From Octopus vulgaris (Eukaryota), in NCBI GenBank assembly GCA_951406725.2, contig OX597815.1, positions 103,974,001 through 104,038,000 of the forward strand: a DNA stretch of 64,000 bases, given 5' to 3'. The notes under the pieces are model-generated. The model made no database searches and was not told where the DNA came from. It saw nothing but the letters and a program-made list of their open reading frames with translations. This document shows, piece by piece, positions 55,040 through 64,000 of this stretch (its first letter is position 1; the number at the start of each line of letters is the position of its first letter). The translations under genes and the position numbers were made by a program.

Positions 55040-56139
55040 GTTTTTGTGTATATATATATACATATATGTGTGTGTATGTATGTATGTATGTATGTATGTA
55101 TGTATGTATGTATGTATGTATGTGTGTATGTGTGTGTGTATGTGGACATGTGTGTGGTGTGTGTGCGGTCAAATGACTGAATCATATAGTTTCAGAGTTT
55201 CAGTCAGAAATATGTGTGTGTATATATATATATATACAGACAGGCAGACAGAGACAGAGAAAAAAGAGAGAGGTACGGGGATTCGCACAAAAATATACAT
55301 ATGTCTATACAAAGCAACTGTCATTAGTATTAAAATATTGATGCCAGTAAGTAATTTTAATATTATTCAACATTTCATAGATGACATACCTTTGATAAGC
55401 AGGAAGTTAGTGTCAGCTTATCTAATACATTGTGCATATATAATTCATGGTGCATTAAAAAGTAGATTATGGTGTAGGTAAAAGGAGAATGTTAATCGAT
55501 AACCAGCCTATTCGGTTCAACATCGTGTAAATAAGTTTAGTCATATATTCTTTGTTCAAATCTAGCTATTGAGTTCAAATTTGAACTCTATATAATTGAC
55601 TATAATCTTACCTAGTTTGGGACCTTTCCACGAAAGCTACAACTTCAGTGACATGGAGGTAACTTATTAGGACTTGAGAAGCAATACTGATTGATCTATG
55701 AATATCTAGTGCCGTTTGATATCTGCGTCATTTAACAAAACAAAATGTGGTTATGATGCTGAACATGTTTAACAATTACCTCCTATTTGATATCCTGATT
55801 TGACCCAGACAAAAACTGGAACAAATTAAACAAACCAAAACAAACTAGCACATAACGTTTCTCATCTTTTGTCTTTAAACTTGTATTTTCCGTCCAGTCT
55901 AGATTGCTCTTTGAAAGGAAGGTAGTGTCTTAATATGCGCAAAATATATTGTCGCCACATACCATGTTTCTCAATTACATTTCTGCGGCATTGATTTTTA
56001 TTAATTCTGGACCAAAGAATCTGTTTCATAATTCACGACATTCTCGTGGTGTCTCTACTGTTGTCCCCAAAGTTCAACCATTCACCGTTTGTCTATCTCA
56101 CTTTATGTATAACATATATATATATGTCGTACTTCTGAA

Positions 56140-56420
56140 CTTGACTGTACACACCAGCTTCTGGATCTTGCATTTTCTCTAATAGTTGGGCGTACGCCCG
56201 CGTCAAAAGTGTGCATATGTTACTATCCACTCCTAGTATTCTTGACTAGTACACCAACATCTTAACATCCTACTGTACAGTTTTTTTCATCTGGGAATAA
56301 TTTATTTGTTCTAAGCCGGTTACTCCTAGTAGTAAATGTCCTTCACGTCTGACCAATCAGATGTACCCAAGCAAAGTACCAAAACCATCCTGTGAACTAT
56401 GTTTCTTGACATCTACACAT
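56140..56420 (-). mobile_element. Decayed RTE-like LINE RT C-terminal remnant
   Basis: Minus-strand remnants of F.YLG...DI..R and DG.YTR.L...W..H motifs; heavily mutated. Confidence 0.35.
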
Positions 56421-59005
56421 GAAAGTCTGTGACAATAAAACCTCGAAGTCTATACTCCAAAGCTATTTACAACCAAATGATTTGGAGTGGTGCAGAAGTA
56501 TGAGTGAAAAACACTTCCTTCTATACCTGGTAAAAGCTTCTAACTATATGGGAGGTTTGCTTCCCACCGACGAAGTGTCTGCAAACTATCATCAGCAAAT
56601 CAAAATTTGTCCAGCTGCATCATACATGTTGAAGGTTTCGTACCGAATTACATATTTCTGATCCCTTGTGAAGTTTTAGCTAGATTTGCTTTTATAAAAA
56701 TGTTTATTTTCATTCAACTATAACATTGTCATTTAAACATTGGCAAAAGTCTAGAAATCTCAACGGTGTGGGGATGAGTAGCTGACTGATATTTTATCGA
56801 TCGTACAATGATCACAAAGTCGCACTTAGTGAGATGCAAACTCAAAACATAAAGGAATGCATCTAAATACTGAAGGGTATTTGGCCGCCGCTACCAATTC
56901 TGTGAATCAATCTCTTTTTAAACATATGTTTAGTATTTCATAAAGCAAGAATTATTCACAAGAATTATTGATTGCAATTACTTTAAATGTATAACGACTG
57001 AGAAAGCAAAACTGTATTTTTTTTAAATGGTGCTTGGACTATTCCCTTGATGCTCTTTTATGCACTGCTGAACAACTGATTCATTCATTACATTCACATA
57101 TTCTGGGTACTTCCAAGACAAGATCTAATTACCTTAGGTTTGAAAGATTATTTGATAGATTACCCTTCATTCACTTCAGCATTCAGGTCACTACCGGATA
57201 CTATATTTTCACTTCTCTCTAAACTAGATTTTAATCTGCTTTTCTTAATTTGCTGGCTGAATATCAGCTCAGCCTAAATCATCTTCACAACGCTACTACT
57301 TCACACTTTCCAAATTTCCCATTTTTTAAGAAGCAAACATATTTGTGTTTCACATTTCACTATGTAAGCATCTACGCCACATTCAAAATATTATCTACCT
57401 TATTCATATTCTAGCCTATAGAAGGCTGTGATACAGCTGAATGATCTGTTCTTACAAGTCAATCAAATTTGTATGATAAAGAAAGGAAGAATAATATAAC
57501 ATAAGAGAGAAGGGTAAAAGAAACTAATACATTTCGTTCAGAAAAGTGGGAAATAGGTACCAAGAGATATATTTCTAAATATGTCTAGGCTGCTCGATTT
57601 TTTCCTCTAGTCCAGATCTTCTGACAAATAAATACGATATATAGACTTATTAAACACACAGATGTGACTCCGTATAGGTATTTATATTTTAGTTTAATAA
57701 CACATCAACCTTGTACCAATATTCTAAGTTGTGAAATTCATATTCTTGTTAAGATTTTCTATAAAGTAGCTCTAAGTATCTTCATTTCGGTAGCTTGAAG
57801 GTAGTCCTTTTTTAGCCTTTAACGAAAAACGAAAGTAGTAGGTCCGATCCTCATTGTACGCTGTCGAAAGCCTGTGATTTGAGAATAGCATTTTCTTTCT
57901 CAGTTAAACTAAATTAGTCTTTTCAACCTTTGAGCCCTCAACTACTTATGGCTTTGTAGGGGTACCATCATATCATGCAGTATGCATCGTGTAATGTAGT
58001 GAACACCATCCTTCTCCAGGCGTAACAACAGCGGATAAGTGCAAGAAAAAGGGAGGTATCGACTCCAATATTTAGTACTATATTCACTGATAGGATGGAA
58101 AGTAAGGTTGATCTCGTCGCGAGTTTGGCTCAGGTCGCAGAGACCCGGGACACAAAGCAAGATATTCTACTCATTACTAAAACTAACCTCTCTATCAATT
58201 CACCGCCTCAGATTAAATATCATCTCTTTACTGAACATATTTACATATATATTATGAAACCAACAGATATAGCTCTGGATTCAGGTTTATTAACAAATAA
58301 AAATGCTTTTTTAATTGTCGTAGGAAAATTTCTAACAATTGTAGATGCTCAGCAGTTATAGCGGTGACTATTTTGACGTGTATTCCAAACATTATAAACA
58401 TATTGGCCAATATGCCCTTCATTTTTAAAGATTGTAATGTGTGATTTAATGGAGATATATCTGTTGTCTTCTCATAGAATGAGTAACCATTTAGAGATTA
58501 AACTTATGTGATACTTGTTTTGCTTAATCCTGAGTCAGCCCTATTTAGACAGACCTACGTCCATATGTATCGCTGTTCTGACCATCTTGTATTTTATTCT
58601 GACGATGTATGTATGACAATATTATTAAATGTGTCTTTTTGTTATTTTGTTAACGAAATTTGGTTGTTATTTCTAGCAGGCTAGTTGACCACGTAGATAC
58701 TGAACCCAGTATAGTGAAACGTTAAGCTAAAAGGACAGTGCAGTGTAGTGGAATATATCTGTATGTTTTACAAATAATTAAACATCCGACTGCCAGTAAA
58801 GAGAAGCTGATGCTGAAGCGACAGGCAGGGGTCTCCAGTGTAAATGTTATTCTATTGGTTGTCTCTTCACAACATATATTAAAATATAACTTAAATAATG
58901 ATCACAAAGAGAAGAAGATTCGTAAACATCGGAATCGAATAAACAATTAATAATGATAAGTCGGCTGCATAATTTATAGATGAATTATTTACACATGATC
59001 GACAA

Positions 59006-59033
59006 ACTAAAATTGGAACGATACAGCGAAGAT
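59006..59033 (+). pseudogene. U6 snRNA fragment
   Basis: actaaaattggaacgatacagcgaagat matches U6 ACTAAAATTGGAACGATACAGAGAAGAT at 27/28 positions (ACAGAGA box changed to ACAGCGA). The flanks do not match U6. Confidence 0.8.
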
Positions 59034-60476
59034 AATAGAGTTTTATGAGGAATCAAGCAGAATATATTTCTATTTCGTTAGTTATTTATTTTTTGGTTTT
59101 TTGTTTTGTTTGCTTTACCTCTTTCGAAGCTCCGTCTACAATTTATCAATGTCTATTCCTGCTAAGTCCCATCTTTTTTTTTTTTATTCAAACTTTCTAT
59201 CTTGTCTTTTCTTCTATAATTTCTCCTCCTTTTCTTGTTTCTTCATCATGCCCTGTCTGTTTCTCTTTCTTTCCTCCTTCCTCTACTTCTTTTTCTCGTA
59301 TTAATTTTCTCTCCCAACAACCCCTCTCTCTCGCTTTCGAATTCCCTTTCTTTATAATGTGTATGTATAATCAGTTATTTATATAAAATGGGATTTAAAG
59401 TTTAAAGTAAAACTGAAAATTAAAGATGAAATGATAAAACCAAGACAGTTAAAAAGAGAGGGAAGAAGAAACATAAAAAAAAATTGTAGCTAAGAACAAA
59501 ACTGATAGTTTAGAAGTTTTCAAACAGCTGGCTTTAAAGAAACTTGAAGAAATGATGAGATTTAATATAAAGAAGAATTAAAAGGTGATACAAAGGAAAG
59601 CAGGAGTTATATAGTAAAACAAAGACACAAGAGTTGAGATCGAGATAGAGAGATGATAAAACATAATGGGAATAGATTTATACAAAAAAAAATTTTGTGA
59701 TATTGTAAGATTGCTATTGTTTCTTCTATTTTTCAGTGCCTTTGTGTTTACTGAAATAATATTTGCACATAAATATTACTATATATATATACATATTTAT
59801 ATATATATATATATTTCATACATAATATATACATAATAAATATATACATGTTTACTACACACACTCACACATACATATATATTATTGTGCTTCAAAATTT
59901 ACTAAGAAGTAAAAAAAATATTTAATCCGATGCAATTTTTTTTTTAATTAATCTATGTCAACAAAATGAATCACCAAGCTTTTGTGTAGTGCACTTCAAT
60001 CATAACACAAACCCCCATTGCTTCATTGTTTTGTTTTATATAAATAATCTATTATTTCAATAGCTTATATTTTGATTGAAAAAAAATACTCTACTATAAA
60101 AGTCTATATTATTGTGTATATAAACCTACTTCATATATTTTCGTGCTTATGATTTGGAGAAGTGGTGTGGGATTATTTTTCAAAGCTAGCTACATCAAAA
60201 ATAGAATTATTTTAAGTAAAATAATAATATAATAAAGGACATATTTGAAGCTACAGAAGTGTCGATAAATTGCAGTAGAGCATATTTCACATATATTTCT
60301 GCAAACTATTCCAGCCGCATGTAATGCTTCAAAACGTTGTCCTCGACAACGTTTTACTCTGTTGAATTACTCAGATATTTAACACTCAAAGATGTTCCTA
60401 CATATAATCACATTTTTTACTATACTCACAATCTTTAAACGTGTTTCTTCATAAAGTTCTTCTATAATTCTCCTAT

Positions 60477-60736
60477 TGGCGCATGCTTTCATGTTTGGCT
60501 AAGAAGCTCGCTTTGCAACCTTCGGGTTTAATCCTTGGGCAAGTACCATCTACTATAGCACCCCACGCCCCAGCAGATCGACAAATGTCTTGTGACTGAA
60601 TTTGTTATTTGAAAGCCCATCGTGTGTATTACTAACCACTGCGTGGCACCTTTGGCAAGTCTCTTCTACTATAGCCACGAACCGGTTAAAGTCTTGACAG
60701 TGGATTTGGTCGACGGAAACTGAAAGAAACCTGTCA
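60477..60736 (+). mobile_element. Two tandem decayed heads of the same SINE family
   Basis: ccttgggcaagtaccatctactatagc and gcacctttggcaagtctcttctactatagcc...ggatttggtcgacggaaactgaaagaaacc are reverse-complement homologues of the 54598 and 60779 SINEs. Confidence 0.65.
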
Positions 60737-60778
60737 TATGTGTGTATGTGTCTGTATGTGCGTGTGTGTGGAATGTAT

Positions 60779-60998
60779 ACTCTTTACTCTTTTACTTGTT
60801 TCAGTCATTTGATTGCGGCCATGCTGGAGCACCGCCTTTAATCGAGCAACTCGACCCCGGGACTTATTCTTTTTGTAAGCCCAGTACTTATTCTATCGGG
60901 CTCTTTTGCCGAACCGCTAAGTAACGGGGACATAAACACACCAGCATCGGTTGTCAAGCGATGCTAGAGGTACAAACACAGACACACAAACACACACA

Positions 60999-61044
<46 letters not shown>

Positions 61045-61211
61045 TACGACGGGCTTCTTTTCAGTTTCCGTTTACCAAATCCACCCACAAGGCTTTGGTC
61101 GGCCCTAGGCTATAGTAGAACACACTTGCCCAAGGTGCCACGCCGTAGGTCTGAATCCGGGACCATGTGGTTGGTAAACAAGCTACTTACCACACAGCCA
61201 CTCCTGCGCCT
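60779..61211 (-). mobile_element. tRNA-derived SINE, full length
   Basis: Near-identical to 54598-54977, with the extra tail segment gcggccatgctggagcaccgcc. Confidence 0.88.
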
Positions 61212-61571
61212 GTATATGTATATGTGTATATACTCCTGTATAAGTGTATATAAGTTTTTTTTTTCATGCATGTGTGTACGTGTGCGTGTTTGAGTATCGT
61301 GTTTGTATATTAGGGAGTGCTGCGTGGGGATGGTAGTATATGTGTGCATGTGTGTTTTTATGTGAGTGTGTGTTTTTAAGACTGGATCTAAAAGGTTAGT
61401 AGCAGCAGAGAGTAGCAGTAGCAGGATGTGGCGTCTAGAGGTTGATGTGTATGTGTGTGAGTGCATGTGTGTCACTGTGTAAGCATGTGTTTATGTGTGT
61501 ACGTATGGATGTACATACTGGTGAATATCGGTGTGTGCGAGGAGTTTTCTGAACGTGCTTATGATTATATG

Positions 61572-61614
<43 letters not shown>

Positions 61615-61619
61615 TGGAT

Positions 61620-61990
61620 GCATATCTCGTAGATGTTCAGTAAATCTGTCGGCTACACGGCGGCCAGACAGTCCAACATATAAAGACCCGCAAATGGTAC
61701 ATTTATGAGAATACTTGATGCCAGATGACATGCATGAGAAAGTATCGCGGATGTGAACAGTGTGTTGGTTGGTTCCAGTGAGAGAAGCGGAGTTTAATTA
61801 TGAACAGCCAGGTGTAGCACCAGAGTCTGAAGCAAGGGAAGGATAGGTAGAATTGGGGGAGGAGAGGGAGTTACGAACCAATGGTCGACGTAGGTTTCAG
61901 GCGAATTTAAAGGGGAAGGGGTGTTGGGGAAAACAGGGACGGTGGTAGGATAAGACTGGAGTAAATTGGAAGGCACATAGGATATTTCGG
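61620..61990 (-). pseudogene. Penelope-like element GIY-YIG fragment (second PLE lineage)
   Basis: FSCMSSGIKYSHKCTICGSLYVGLSGRRVADRFTEHLRD matches FTC.S..IY..C..C...YVG.T.R.L..RF.EH. Upstream LQSYPTT..VFPN matches the PLE linker. Confidence 0.8.
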
Positions 61991-62517
61991 CAAAGGAGTA
62001 GTGTAGAAGAAACTACTTACCAAACAGCAAAAATTATAATTGTCTGCATTTGCGTAAAGTTATCTAGATATAAAATTTCAAATTACTTTCTTAATCTGAT
62101 AGTCACCGAAACTTCTGTCTTTGAAAATATCAAACATAGCCACTCAATTTGGTACTTAAGAAATGTATTATAATGCAGGGTTTTTTTCTTATTAAAAACT
62201 GTAATTGTTAATGCATCGCATTAGCCATTATTGTAAGCTTTATGACACACACACACACACACACACACATACACACACATACACGCATATATAAGGATAA
62301 GATCGTTATTTAAAATACCGATCATATCAAGTGGCCAGCATGGGAATAAAAGCTTTAAAGGTAATAATTATCATTTAAATTATAATTAAAGGTGTCTAAA
62401 AGATAACACCATGCTAGAGACTCTAAAACCATATGAAGTAATTCATACAGCACCAGGAGAAAAGACAAAGAGACAAATAAACTAGCAAAAAATTATTAGA
62501 TTTAATAATAATTATTG

Positions 62518-62569
<52 letters not shown>

Positions 62570-62572
<3 letters not shown>

Positions 62573-62735
62573 GACGGGCTTCTTTCAGTTTCCGTCTACC
62601 AAATCCACTCACAAGGCTTTGGTCGGCCCGAGGCTATACTAGAAGACACTTGCCTAAGATGCCATACAGTGGGACTGAACCCGGAACCATGTGGTTCGTA
62701 AGCAAGCTACTTACCACATAGCTACTCCTGCGCCT
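62570..62735 (-). mobile_element. tRNA-derived SINE 5' half
   Basis: Same head as the 54598 and 60779 SINEs, truncated at the internal (TA)n. Confidence 0.85.
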
Positions 62736-64000
62736 ATATCTATGTTTTAAACGTTAAACTTATTTCTTTACGCAGAAGCATTGCTGTGTTTAATTTGGAA
62801 TACAAAATAAATCACAATGATTACTCGCCTCGTCCTAGCAATAGAAACATTATTTACTTAGAGTATTGGAGCTGAATTGCTCCCAAATGTAGTACCACAA
62901 TGCTTTTCTACATCTAAATTCCTTGTTAAATATTATGCTCCTTTTTAACTGACAAGGAATGTAATTTGTTTATGTATACAACCACTTAATACACGAAAAT
63001 ATTCTAACGAAATATTTTGTCAATTTATGTATTTATATGCATATTAATCTGTTTGCAGACTTTTGTATGTTGACATGAAATCCATTGTAACAATATAGTC
63101 AGTGAGAAGCAATGTTAATGGCTTTTGCGGACCCTTACAGAGTGATCAGTTTAATATGACCATTTTCGGCAGGAATATCTGATTATAAAAAAAAAAAAAA
63201 AAATTTGCAAATAACTGAGGTTCTGCTTCGAATGACTGCAAAAGAGAAAAATCTTCAAAATGTACTCAAGAACCACGTGGTGGTGTTGAACAAAGAAATT
63301 TTAGGTATTAATATAATCAAGAATGATACTTATTTATTTTAGATTTGTAAGCTACTTTTGGAAATAATTTTATTTCTAAAGAGAGTTATTGCAGGCTTTT
63401 ATTGGTTTTAATATTGTTGCACTAGCTTCGACTGGGAAAAAATTTGTCTGTAAACATTCAAATGTTCAGAATTTGTGAAATAAAATATTGACGTTTTTAT
63501 GATACAGACGATACAATTCTGAATGCGGTTATAAGCGAGTATGTTATTCTGCACAATGATACTACATGAAGAATTTTAACTAGAAATTGAAACTATAAGA
63601 AGCAAATATTTCCTTTATTTTTCTGTTCTTTCCATCTCTGTCATGTACTGCATTTCTGAAATATGTCCAATACAATATCAGAGAATGAATGCTACAGTTT
63701 AAATCTAAACGGACTATTTTGTAGCTATATTTATTGATATTTGTAACTATTTAGTTTTACCTGCCTCCTTATTATGAGATATATAGATATATAGTACAAT
63801 CTCAGAAACCTCTAGCAAAAATTTTAAAATTCAGACATACGGTGGAGAGATTTGTAGCTGACGACTTTTGAAGATCTCACACTATTAGGGGCTGATTCAT
63901 CATTGGTTGCCCAGATTCCTAAAGTATCCCACGCTAGCACTATGATAAGATCTATCCAATAATTTTGATTGAAAAAAAATACTCTACTATAAAAGTCTAT

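Overview
AT-rich, microsatellite-saturated eukaryotic (metazoan) non-coding DNA. The SINE families and the (TA)n/(TACA)n/(TAGA)n load look like an octopus/cephalopod genome; this is inferred from repeat style, not proven. I can support no intact host protein-coding gene, and almost all ORFs in the track are translations of microsatellites. The window holds many decayed mobile elements: a decayed mariner (4621-5839), a non-autonomous Gypsy-type LTR element with a tRNA-Leu PBS (26514-~30345, minus strand), several Penelope-like (PLE) GIY-YIG fragments, CR1/L2-, RTE- and R4/Dong-type LINE remnants, several tRNA-derived SINEs, a ~0.9-kb foldback element and a U6 fragment. The most interesting signal is a set of non-coding elements inserted in (TA)n arrays that carry minimal type-I hammerhead ribozyme motifs. 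One is a 557-bp tandem unit (25007-26458) resembling a retrozyme/circRNA template. Two others are palindromic insertions (21161-21352, 42247-42497). In all three the inversion point falls within a few nucleotides of the ribozyme CUGANGA box. All structures and coordinates were read by eye and need computational confirmation.
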